Assembly (NCBI GenBank): GCA_965248555.1
Contig: CBDFJP010000002.1
Span: 2,134,093-2,198,092, forward strand
DNA: 64,000 bases
Source of the DNA: Fimbriimonas sp.
GTDB lineage: Bacteria; Armatimonadota; Fimbriimonadia; Fimbriimonadales; Fimbriimonadaceae
Direction: 5' to 3'
Below are positions 49,273 to 57,641 of this stretch, one piece after another; positions within the stretch are counted from its first letter, which is position 1; the number at the start of each line of letters is the position of its first letter. Position numbers and translations under genes: made by a program. The notes below the pieces were generated by a model. It searched no databases. It worked only from the letters and a program-made list of their open reading frames with translations, and had not been told where the DNA came from.

Positions 49273-50506
49273 CCTTTGCCATGTGGGTCACTGGGTCGTA
49301 GCTCACAAACCTAACAGTTACGGGCTTCCCGTCCTTCATCTTGATCGTCCCGCTTTGACCAGGCGCGAGCCCTTTCCCCACCATCTGCTCTCGTCGCTTA
49401 CCCGCCGGGGCTGGTTTCAGATCAAGGCTCACCGTCGTAAACGCCTTCCCCGCACCCTTAGCGGGGGGCACCAGCGAGGACAGGTGCGCCAACAAAAGCG
49501 GTCTGGGCAAATCGGCCATCGCTCCCTTCTGCAGATTCCCCCGCGAAATCACGCTGAACCAAAGCCGTTGGGGGCCCGGAGCTTCAGCCGACTGCACATC
49601 CCCGCCGTTATCCGCCCCATCCCGCTTCGAAACCAACTCCTTCAGCTCCACTCCAAAATCACCCTGCAAATACCCGCCCACGCACCCCTTGGCGTCCGGT
49701 CGGTCATACGCCATAAGGCTCATCTCGCCCGGCTCAAACTTCGTGATGAACCGCGAGTCCGTCGCAGAAGAGCCGATCCAGCCCATCCGGTATCTCTCGA
49801 TCAGCGAGTAAGAATTGCTCCCCTTGCCCATCGGAGTCGTGGGGTCGCCATATTCAATGAAGTTCCGATCCGACGACAGCGTCTCCTCGCCCTTCTTGTC
49901 CAAAACCGACCAAGCGTGGGGAAAGCCCATGTTGTGCCCAATCTCATGCGCATAAACCCGCCATTGGTGCTTCGCGCCGAAAAAGATCGAAGTCTGCGGT
50001 CCGGTCGCAAGCGCCGCAACCCCCTGCGGAGCCAGCTTTCCGCCTGTTGGTGATGCGTTCAGCATCACGCAAATCATGTCGAACTCCTTCTTCAAGTCCC
50101 TTCCGAGCTGCTTCTGCGCCGCCGCAACCGCGTCCCCAATCGCGGGCCTTCGCTCCTTCGCCGGAATCTCCTTTCCGTCCTTCGTCATTCGCTCATAGAG
50201 GTTGCTCTTGCCGATCTTCACCACCGGCGACACCTCAAACTTCCCAACGCTCATCTGCCCATAAGACTGAATCTTGAAAAAGCTCGTCAGCGCATCGCCA
50301 ATCTCGTGCATCTCCGCCTCCGAGTGCCGAGAGACCGCCGGATCGGCGTCATTCTCGAACGAAGTCCGCAGAAAAACGATCCGCATCTTAACGTCCCCCG
50401 CCACCCGGTTCCGAGGGCGCTGGTACCCTTGCTCCGGCACGAAAAGCCCGCTTGGGGTCTGTGGCACTTGACAAAGCACCGAAGCGAGAATAACGGAAGA
50501 CAACAT
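49250..50506 (-). CDS. secreted zinc metalloprotease with a metzincin motif
   Basis: N-terminal signal-like segment and HEIGHNMGFPH (HExxHxxGxxH). Convergent 23-nt overlap with the previous gene. Confidence 0.7.
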   Translation of the reverse strand: MLSSVILASVLCQVPQTPSGLFVPEQGYQRPRNRVAGDVKMRIVFLRTSFENDADPAVSRHSEAEMHEIGDALTSFFKIQSYGQMSVGKFEVSPVVKIGKSNLYERMTKDGKEIPAKERRPAIGDAVAAAQKQLGRDLKKEFDMICVMLNASPTGGKLAPQGVAALATGPQTSIFFGAKHQWRVYAHEIGHNMGFPHAWSVLDKKGEETLSSDRNFIEYGDPTTPMGKGSNSYSLIERYRMGWIGSSATDSRFITKFEPGEMSLMAYDRPDAKGCVGGYLQGDFGVELKELVSKRDGADNGGDVQSAEAPGPQRLWFSVISRGNLQKGAMADLPRPLLLAHLSSLVPPAKGAGKAFTTVSLDLKPAPAGKRREQMVGKGLAPGQSGTIKMKDGKPVTVRFVSYDPVTHMAKVSAVLPQ

Positions 50507-50593
50507 GTATCAATCTTAACGCCCCGGGCCATCGTTTGTTTACTTTTCGTTCCGTTTTGCTCGTTCCTAATCAGCTTCCCGGTAACCTAAACG

Positions 50594-52948
50594 ATGCCCG
50601 TGGAAGGCCAACCTAACCGACTGGAATCGCTCCGCACGCTGCGTGCGGCGAACCTTGATGGTGCCTTCGCAACCGCCTTCATCACCCTCGTCGGCGGAAG
50701 CTTCATCGTCGGCTACCTCAAGGAGATTCATGCCGCCGACATTTGGCTCGGACTTCTCACCGCAATCCCCGCCATCTGCGGCCTCGCCCAAATCCCCGGC
50801 TCCGTTTGGGGTCGGAGCTTTGTCAGCTTCAAAAAGTACGTTGCGCCCGGCGGTCTCATCTGGCGGCTCCTCCACATCCCCCTTTGCATCCTCCCTCTCA
50901 TAGACTGGAGCGCCAACGCAAAGCTCACCATCATCCTGATCTTCAGCGGAATCGCCTCGCTGGTAGTCAACATGGTCAACCCGATTTACGGAGACTGGCT
51001 AGCCCGCCTCGTCCCCGACTCCCAGCGCGGAGCCTTTTATGGCAAACGAAACTCCCTCAACGCCGCCATCGGAACCGGAACCGGTCTCCTCGGCGGACTC
51101 CTTGTCGACACTCTCAAGCGAGCCAATCTCGGCGAAAAAAGCTATTCTGCCGTCTTCGTCCTTGGCCTCATCCTCAGCTTCGTCAGCATGCACTTCTTCA
51201 TGCAAATGTCCGATGTGCAGCGCGAGGAGCCGATCAAGGCGAATGTCCAAGAAACCGTCCACGCTCTCGTCTCGCCGTTTAAAAACAAGCAGTTCGTCCG
51301 CGTCATCCTCTTCCTTTTCGTGTTCATTGCTGGCCAATCCTTCGCCGGAAATCTCTGGGCGGCCTACGCCTTCGAGAGCCTGAAATTCGACCAAACCCAC
51401 GTCCAATTTCTTGGCCTTTTCCATGCCGCCGGGAACATCTCGATGTCCAAGTTCTGGGGCTTCCTCTCTGACAAGTACGGCAACAAGCCGATCCTCGGCC
51501 TGGTCGGAATGGGGATGCTCCTCACCCCCACCGCTTGGCTTTTCACCCAGCCCGGCGCGGACCACATGACCTTCAATATGGTGCTTCTCTACAGTTGTCA
51601 TATCATGATGGGAATGGTGTTCAGCGGCGTCGCCCTCTGCCAGTACAACATCATATTCTCGACCTCCCCGCCCGAAGAGCGATCGACCTACTTGGGCTCC
51701 GCAATGGCAATTCAGTCGATCGCCGGTGCAGTTCCGCCGCTCCTGGGTGCGGCAATGCTCAGCTTTTTCCGCACCGGACACCAAGCCGACGTAGCCTACA
51801 AACTGACCTTCATCTGCGCAGTCGCAATCCGCTTCATCGCCCTCCTGCTGTTGGTGCCGGTTAAAGAAGACGGTAGCCGCTCCTTCCGCGAAACGGTCGA
51901 AAACCTTAAGAGCGTCACCCCCAAGGGCCTCCGGGCAATGAAAACCTTTACCCAAAGCGGCGACGCCGAAGAGCGCGAGCATGCGATCCAAAAAATCGCC
52001 GGTCAAGGTTTCGCCCTCGCCTCCGACGAACTCATCAAAGCCCTCCATGATCCGTCGCCAAGGGTGCGCCGTCAGGCGGCCTCAGCGTTGGGTCGATTAG
52101 GCGATCAGTCCGCGGTTCAAGAACTCATCCACCAACTTCGCGAGCATCCTGATTTGGTCGAAGAAGAAACCGTTGAGGCTCTGGGCGACCTCGGCGACCC
52201 CGCCGCCATTCCCGAGCTCATCAAAGTCCTTGACGCCCCCCGCTCCGTGCTCCGCCGCGCCGCTGCTCGCTCCATCGCCCAACTACCCGGCGCGGGCGAG
52301 AACCGCGCTGCCGTGGACGCCCTCATCCAAGCCGCCGAAAATCCCTCCGACCCCGATCTCAGACGCTCCGCTCTCCAAGCTCTAAGAAACCTCGAAGCCC
52401 CCGGCATCGCTGCGACCATCGGCCACGCCCTCACCGACAAACACCCCTCCGTCCGCATCGCCGCCGCCGAAGCTGCTGGTGAACTTGAGCTCAAAGAAAC
52501 TGCTGATGCCTGCCGCGCCTCGCTGGTTCTGTACGACGACGAAGGCTGCGCCGAAGTCGCCTACGCCCTCGGCGTCAACGGGACTCTGGAGGATGTCCCG
52601 AGGATTCTGGAGGTCGCCAAAAGCTGCGTTTCCATGACCACCCGCCGCCGCTGCCTCCTCGGTGTCGCCCGAATCTATGGCGTCGAAAGCCAGTGCTACC
52701 GCGCCCTGATGAGCACCGGAATGGAGCGCGACCAGCTCATGATCACCCTCCTCACCGTCAGCGGAAAACGCTCCAAGCACGCAAACACCGCCCTCGAAGC
52801 CCACGCCAACGGACATGAATCCATGGCGATCAAAGCCCTCTCCCTAGGCAAAGACGCCGCAATCCTCGCCGACTTTGACCTTCCCGAACTGTTCGTGGTC
52901 GCCGCAGTGGTGTACTCGGAGCGGATGTCCACTAGAACCGGACGCTAG
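50594..52948 (+). CDS. MFS transporter fused to a C-terminal HEAT-repeat domain
   Basis: About 12 TM segments in the first ~420 aa, then repeated DPSPRVRRQAASALGRLGD / DPDLRRSALQAL / HPSVRIAAAEA units. Confidence 0.8.
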   Translation: MPVEGQPNRLESLRTLRAANLDGAFATAFITLVGGSFIVGYLKEIHAADIWLGLLTAIPAICGLAQIPGSVWGRSFVSFKKYVAPGGLIWRLLHIPLCILPLIDWSANAKLTIILIFSGIASLVVNMVNPIYGDWLARLVPDSQRGAFYGKRNSLNAAIGTGTGLLGGLLVDTLKRANLGEKSYSAVFVLGLILSFVSMHFFMQMSDVQREEPIKANVQETVHALVSPFKNKQFVRVILFLFVFIAGQSFAGNLWAAYAFESLKFDQTHVQFLGLFHAAGNISMSKFWGFLSDKYGNKPILGLVGMGMLLTPTAWLFTQPGADHMTFNMVLLYSCHIMMGMVFSGVALCQYNIIFSTSPPEERSTYLGSAMAIQSIAGAVPPLLGAAMLSFFRTGHQADVAYKLTFICAVAIRFIALLLLVPVKEDGSRSFRETVENLKSVTPKGLRAMKTFTQSGDAEEREHAIQKIAGQGFALASDELIKALHDPSPRVRRQAASALGRLGDQSAVQELIHQLREHPDLVEEETVEALGDLGDPAAIPELIKVLDAPRSVLRRAAARSIAQLPGAGENRAAVDALIQAAENPSDPDLRRSALQALRNLEAPGIAATIGHALTDKHPSVRIAAAEAAGELELKETADACRASLVLYDDEGCAEVAYALGVNGTLEDVPRILEVAKSCVSMTTRRRCLLGVARIYGVESQCYRALMSTGMERDQLMITLLTVSGKRSKHANTALEAHANGHESMAIKALSLGKDAAILADFDLPELFVVAAVVYSERMSTRTGR

Positions 52949-53027
52949 CCTCCATTCGCGAGAAAGCAGGGATGAGCCATCGTCCAATCAGTCTGTTTAC
53001 TGCTATATAATAAGTCTTGTACGTACT

Positions 53028-53564
53028 ATGAAGCCCGAACCATTCAAGGATCGTATTGGCTTATCCCATGCGAATAAGTTTGCAATGTGGGGTTGGTACT
53101 ACTGTTTTCTGGCAGAGTTTTGGGCGGGCTATTTCGCACGACCTTGGGATTTTGTTGTCGCGGGGCTTCCCACTCTGTTTTTGAGTTACCTCGGTGCGCG
53201 TGCCTCCCAAGATATGGAGAGTATCGAGACGACCCGATTCTTGTTTCGAACAAGCCGCCACGTTCAGACCGTACTTGTGGTCGGCGCCGTTGGGTTGGTT
53301 TTGGCAGGCATTTGGTGGTCAAACTGGCAAATCAAGGGCAACGATTTTGGCTACATAAACTACTTATTGGTTAGCGTCACTGGCAGCATCGCTGGTCTGG
53401 TCTTAGCGACCTTCGGTGCTCTGGTTGACCCCAGGCCGAGCACGATTCCGCTGGATGACCGGCCAACTGATCCAACAGAACCCAAAGGCCGCCCAGCCCC
53501 GATCATTCCGAAGTTGCCAACCATGGACGCCTCCGGAACGATGACCCTTCCGCGAGAGGAATGA
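53028..53564 (+). CDS. hypothetical membrane protein
   Basis: Internal ATG at 53028. Four hydrophobic segments and a Pro-rich tail. Confidence 0.5.
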   Translation: MKPEPFKDRIGLSHANKFAMWGWYYCFLAEFWAGYFARPWDFVVAGLPTLFLSYLGARASQDMESIETTRFLFRTSRHVQTVLVVGAVGLVLAGIWWSNWQIKGNDFGYINYLLVSVTGSIAGLVLATFGALVDPRPSTIPLDDRPTDPTEPKGRPAPIIPKLPTMDASGTMTLPREE

Positions 53565-53881
53565 CCTACGACGATTTCGCCGCCATCGCTTTAGCCCTTC
53601 CTGATGTGGAGGAAAAAGTAGGACGTCACGAGATTGACCTGCACCGAAATGGCCGCCACATCGCCCGGCTCCGAGACAAAGGCACCACCCTCGCCATCCG
53701 TGTCCCCTGGGAACTTCACGACGAACTACTCGGCACCGAAGGAACCAAGTTCTTCAAGACCGATCATTACAAGCGCTATCCGTATGTACTGATCAAAGTG
53801 GAAGATCTCACCTTGGCTGAGGCAATGCCCCTCATCGAGCAATCATACAAAGTTGCTCCGAACCCTCTACCACTTCGATAG
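53561..53881 (+). CDS. MmcQ/YjbR-like small protein (tentative)
   Basis: ATGA overlap with the previous gene. FAAIALALPDVEEKV...IARLRDKGTTLAIRV resembles the YjbR family. Confidence 0.5.
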   Translation: MTYDDFAAIALALPDVEEKVGRHEIDLHRNGRHIARLRDKGTTLAIRVPWELHDELLGTEGTKFFKTDHYKRYPYVLIKVEDLTLAEAMPLIEQSYKVAPNPLPLR

Positions 53882-53885
53882 CCTG

Positions 53886-54524
53886 ATGTTTTTTCGTAAG
53901 CCCAGAACCGTCAAGGTAGCAGTGACTCCGATCTTCTGCGATCACGGTTTTGCCCAGATTTTCGGCAGGTCGGCAGAGGTTTTCGAACTCTCGCCAGAAG
54001 AATGGGAACGGATTTGCTTGTCTCCAGATGCACCACTACGCCCTGAAGTCATGTGTTCGTTGCGAGAACTCAAGTCAGGAACCGAGCGACTTGTAGGAGA
54101 AGAAGATGTGAAAGTCCTGTTTCCCCAATACATCCGAGAGCATCGAAAGCGCATTCGGGAGCAGGAGCTAGGAGAAGTCAGGGTCGATTCGCTTAGCCCT
54201 ACTCGGTGGCAGGTCAGTATATACGAAGCACAAGGCGAAGCTCGGTTTAGGAAAGCGCACGGCGAATCAGTTCGTGGACGACGATGTGTCGGAGCAACTA
54301 TTCGGCAAGAAAGAATTCTCTGGGGAGTGATCAACCTAGAACAAGAAAGCCCTTTCTTATCAGAACTTGTAGATTTTTTGGACTATCGGAGGCCAACAAA
54401 TAACTCTACACCAGTTTGCATCGAACTGAAATTTGAGCATGGAGCAACGTTCTGCATAGAAGTCGACTTCAGCGACTTTGAGCGAGAGAAACCCGGCCTT
54501 CTCGGTCGAATCCTCGCTTACTAG
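53886..54524 (+). CDS. hypothetical protein
   Basis: Internal ATG at 53886. No family recognised. Confidence 0.5.
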   Translation: MFFRKPRTVKVAVTPIFCDHGFAQIFGRSAEVFELSPEEWERICLSPDAPLRPEVMCSLRELKSGTERLVGEEDVKVLFPQYIREHRKRIREQELGEVRVDSLSPTRWQVSIYEAQGEARFRKAHGESVRGRRCVGATIRQERILWGVINLEQESPFLSELVDFLDYRRPTNNSTPVCIELKFEHGATFCIEVDFSDFEREKPGLLGRILAY

Positions 54525-54539
54525 CTCGAAACAGAATCG

Positions 54540-54827
54540 TCAGCTCTCTTCAGCACGTAACCGCCGCTCGAACCAGAACGCACCGAACGGCACGTTCCCC
54601 GCAACAAATCCGAGGATCACCTTGCTCAGTGGCCACTTATCGGCCATCCAAACCCGAAGCAGACAGATGAGAAAAACCAGGAAAAGAAGACCGTGCAAAG
54701 TGCCGACAACCCGGACCGCCTCCGGAATATGGGCGATGTACTTCAATGGCATCGCCACAAAGTAAAGCAGAATCGCCGAAATTCCCTCGACAATCGAAAT
54801 CTTGCGAAATGCGTCCAACGCGCTCAT
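54540..54827 (-). CDS. DUF3817-family membrane protein
   Basis: FRKISIVEGISAILLYFVAMPLKY...LHGLLFLVF...GNVPFGAFWFE. Confidence 0.75.
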   Translation of the reverse strand: MSALDAFRKISIVEGISAILLYFVAMPLKYIAHIPEAVRVVGTLHGLLFLVFLICLLRVWMADKWPLSKVILGFVAGNVPFGAFWFERRLRAEES

Positions 54828-54905
54828 TCAAACGAGTTTACTGAACCGAAAACCGTAAACCGAGAACTGCAAACCCAATTCCAGCGTCATACTAAATGTA
54901 TAACT

Positions 54906-55259
54906 GGGGGCGTCAGGGTTCGACAGGACTGAAGCGACTCACCGTTGCGAGCCGTGGATTCTCGTTGGCCACGTAAAAAACGAGAAAAAAATAACTGCAA
55001 ACAACAACTTTGCATTCGCAGCCTAAGTAGCCGCGCATGAGCCAGTTCTGAGCCAGTAAGAACTGATCCTCGTGTAGCCAAATCTGGATCGCTAGGGCGA
55101 GCTTCTGTTCGTAGCAGACCCGGCTAAACAAAACCGAACTAAGGGTGCGCTAGGCGGTCTCGGCAGAGGCGCACTTCGAAAATCCAAACTGAGAAGACGC
55201 TCGTGGTAACGCTGGGAAGGCGGTTTTGGAAGGGAGTTCAATTCTCCCCGCCTCCACCA
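54906..55259 (+). ncRNA. ssrA: tmRNA (SsrA), tag ANNNFAFAA
   Basis: 5' GGGGGCGTCAGGGTTCGACAGG and 3' GGAGTTCAATTCTCCCCGCCTCCACCA. The acceptor stem has G3-U70. The tag reading frame gca aac aac aac ttt gca ttc gca gcc taa is at 54997-55026. Confidence 0.95.
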
Positions 55260-55556
55260 GTTTATGTTGTTTAGGTCTTTCGCCAATTCACGAACTTCCC
55301 ACCCCCATCCGGCGTTCAAATAAGTGTGAAGCAAACTGCCAAGCGAGTTCGGGTGTCGTTGGATTCTCCCACGACGAAAAAGGAGATGATTCTGCCGTTC
55401 TTCGTAGTGCCCGAAGCTGGCGACGACATTGTCCTCTTCGGCTCCCACTGGGATGTGCAGGCCCACAAAGTCAGCCAAAAACCCGATGATCAAGGCTGCA
55501 ACCACTCCGTCCAACTCCGCCTTGCGAGCTAGGCCTTTTCAGCGCAATTCAGCGAC

Positions 55557-55572
55557 TGTGACCCAAGTCACA
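55557..55572 (+). promoter_or_regulatory. perfect CRP-type box TGTGA-cccaag-TCACA upstream of gene 55633
   Basis: Seen directly. Its centre at 55564.5 is about 42 nt upstream of the TSS implied by the -10-like TACAGT at 55595-55600. Confidence 0.6.
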
Positions 55573-55598
55573 TCCCCCCGCTAGACCCCGCCTGTACA

Positions 55599-55632
55599 GT
55601 GTTTCCAATACCCTCGCCGGTATAGGAAACAC
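55599..55632 (+). promoter_or_regulatory. 34-nt palindrome / stem-loop abutting the start codon of gene 55633
   Basis: gtgtttcc-a-atacc-ctcgcc-ggtat-a-ggaaacac forms 13 bp with one A-A mismatch. The 3' arm contains the AGGA Shine-Dalgarno-like element and ends at the base before the ATG. Confidence 0.5.
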
Positions 55633-56538
55633 ATGAAACTCAAACAGACAAAATCGTCCATCCCAGCAGTTGGCCTAGCTCTCGCTTTCGCTCTTTCCGC
55701 TGGAGTCCTCGCCCAGAACTCTGGTCAAGCCAAACCGAGCCAAGAGCAGGGCTACACCAGAGAAAATCCATTTGAATTCTCCGCTTTGGCGAGCAAGAAC
55801 ATTACGTTCAACGGTAAGCCTGCGATCCGAACCGACAGCCAGGACGCGGCGATGCAGAGCCAATTTGAAGTTGCCGACAAGGCATTCGCTAACGCAAAGA
55901 GTTCTGCCGCTCCACCCTACTTCAAGACGGTTTTTTACGCCGGCTACGGCGATAAGAACCAGCGTCCAAACCAAGCAGAGGACGTTGCCACTAACCACGG
56001 GCCCTGGCCAAGTTCGCCCACGATTAACCCTTCGTTCGAAGCCCAATCCGACTCAATATGGCCAAATTCGACAGTGATGGCCGTCAGGATGAACCTCACG
56101 GGATATCCGGTGTTTAACCCGGCAAAGGTGCGGGAAGCAAGTCTCAAGATCGACATATTCTTCGACCCGACTCGCGCACAGGGTTCTAGCGCCCTCTACG
56201 CATGGGATGATCAGACGAGTAATCCCATTCCCTTAATGCTACCAACGCAATGGAATTTGTTCCGGAACCGAGCCGCGTCCATGTTTGGTGGTCAAGCCCG
56301 ATGGATATCGGTAGTACTCGACTTGACACCCTCGAATCCGCTCCCCGTTGCCTATATGTATGACATTAATAGCTTTGGAAACCCCATTGCGAATCGCTGG
56401 ATGGGGCCCTTTACGAGCTTCCCAGCCGCATCTCGGAGCAGCCTTTTGCAGGCAGCGGCGAACGGCAACTTACAACTATATGCGCTCCCCCATCTCCCTG
56501 TCAGCCATGCAGAACTGGTCATCAAAGAATCGTTCTGA
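55633..56538 (+). CDS. secreted hypothetical protein
   Basis: Signal peptide MKLKQTKSSIPAVGLALAFALSAGVLAQ. No family recognised. Confidence 0.6.
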   Translation: MKLKQTKSSIPAVGLALAFALSAGVLAQNSGQAKPSQEQGYTRENPFEFSALASKNITFNGKPAIRTDSQDAAMQSQFEVADKAFANAKSSAAPPYFKTVFYAGYGDKNQRPNQAEDVATNHGPWPSSPTINPSFEAQSDSIWPNSTVMAVRMNLTGYPVFNPAKVREASLKIDIFFDPTRAQGSSALYAWDDQTSNPIPLMLPTQWNLFRNRAASMFGGQARWISVVLDLTPSNPLPVAYMYDINSFGNPIANRWMGPFTSFPAASRSSLLQAAANGNLQLYALPHLPVSHAELVIKESF

Positions 56539-56558
56539 CCTGAGCGAACTTACAACCT

Positions 56559-57632
56559 ATGGCTCAGGTCCCACCTGAGCCAAGAGTCACCTTCCCGGAG
56601 CAAACAATGTTGTCCGCATCAACGATCCTCTTCACCCTCCTCGTAACAAAGTCACAGAAAGGTCAGCCAAAGCCACCTAAATCCCAACCGCCGCCCATCC
56701 AAGTCCCTTGGCAAGGCCCCAAACGGCTCATCCAAATGGGGGCCTTCGAGCTAAAAACAACCCGAATCACCAGCGGACAAGGCGGCGTCTCCTTCTCTGC
56801 CTCCTCCGGAAATGTCTCGGGCGGTGGAGCCTCTTCTGGCCCGCAATCTCTCGATATCGCCGACCCAATGGTGTTCAGCGCCGGAGTGGCAGACATTGCC
56901 AAAACCGAGTTCGCCGCGTTCCGAGGATTCGATCTCATCGAACCCGCCCCACCTGGCCAAGATGGCACCAACTCAACTCCGCCCGAACGCCTCCCTAGGC
57001 CCCAATTCATCCTCAACGCCACGATCTCGGACATTACAGTCCGAACAAAGTCAGGCGGAATTCGAATCGGCCCCATCGGCGGCGGCAAAGAGAGATTTTC
57101 CAACAAGGTCGTCATCGAAATGCGCTTCATCGACCCCGAAACCCGAGTGATCATGGTCGGATGCAAGGCAACTGGCGAGAAATTTTCGGAAGCAAACACA
57201 ATGGCAGTCTTGGCAGACAGCGCCTTCGGCGAAGTCCCCGTTGCCAGCTTCGGCGAGTTTCAGGAGAGTCCCCTCGGCGAAGCCACCCGAGCCGCCCTTC
57301 AAGACGGACTCAAGCAGCTCTGCGCCGAACTGATGAAACTCGGCTGGACCAGCGAAGTGATCGACATTCAAGAAGCCGACGGAGTCAAAACGGCACTCTT
57401 CGAAGTCGTCGAAGGCCTAAAAGTCGGCGACATCATCGAATCCATCACGCCCGGACGCATCATTAGAGACCCCAAATCGGGACGTAGGCTCGGCGAGACA
57501 AAAGCCCAAATCCTCGGTCAGCTCAAAGTGACGGCGATCAACGGAAGCCTGGTCGAAGCCATCGGCATTGACGGATTCGTCCCTGAAGTCGGACACATCA
57601 TCCGACCCAAGCCAACAGTAAAACAAAAATGA
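56559..57632 (+). CDS. possible CsgG/HfaB-like envelope protein (low-confidence family call)
   Basis: N-terminal hydrophobic segment. FILNATISDITVRT...VVIEMRFIDPETRVIM...SPLGEATRAALQDGLKQL resembles the CsgG core. A likely start is the ATG at 56607. Confidence 0.45.
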   Translation: MAQVPPEPRVTFPEQTMLSASTILFTLLVTKSQKGQPKPPKSQPPPIQVPWQGPKRLIQMGAFELKTTRITSGQGGVSFSASSGNVSGGGASSGPQSLDIADPMVFSAGVADIAKTEFAAFRGFDLIEPAPPGQDGTNSTPPERLPRPQFILNATISDITVRTKSGGIRIGPIGGGKERFSNKVVIEMRFIDPETRVIMVGCKATGEKFSEANTMAVLADSAFGEVPVASFGEFQESPLGEATRAALQDGLKQLCAELMKLGWTSEVIDIQEADGVKTALFEVVEGLKVGDIIESITPGRIIRDPKSGRRLGETKAQILGQLKVTAINGSLVEAIGIDGFVPEVGHIIRPKPTVKQK

Positions 57633-57641
57633 CGATCGTAG

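Noticed and set aside
55092-55532. ORFs 55092-55514 (-) and 55326-55532 (+), just downstream of and overlapping tmRNA
   Set aside because: The minus ORF runs into the tmRNA gene. Neither has a recognisable family or a well-placed SD. They may be remnants of a lost gene, but I cannot support a call.
57630-57641. Stop-codon read-through from the CsgG-like gene into the cyclase frame, which is the same reading frame
   Set aside because: Two stops (TGA 57630 and TAG 57639) occur within four codons, so read-through of both is implausible. A frameshifted ATG at 57629 explains the layout better.
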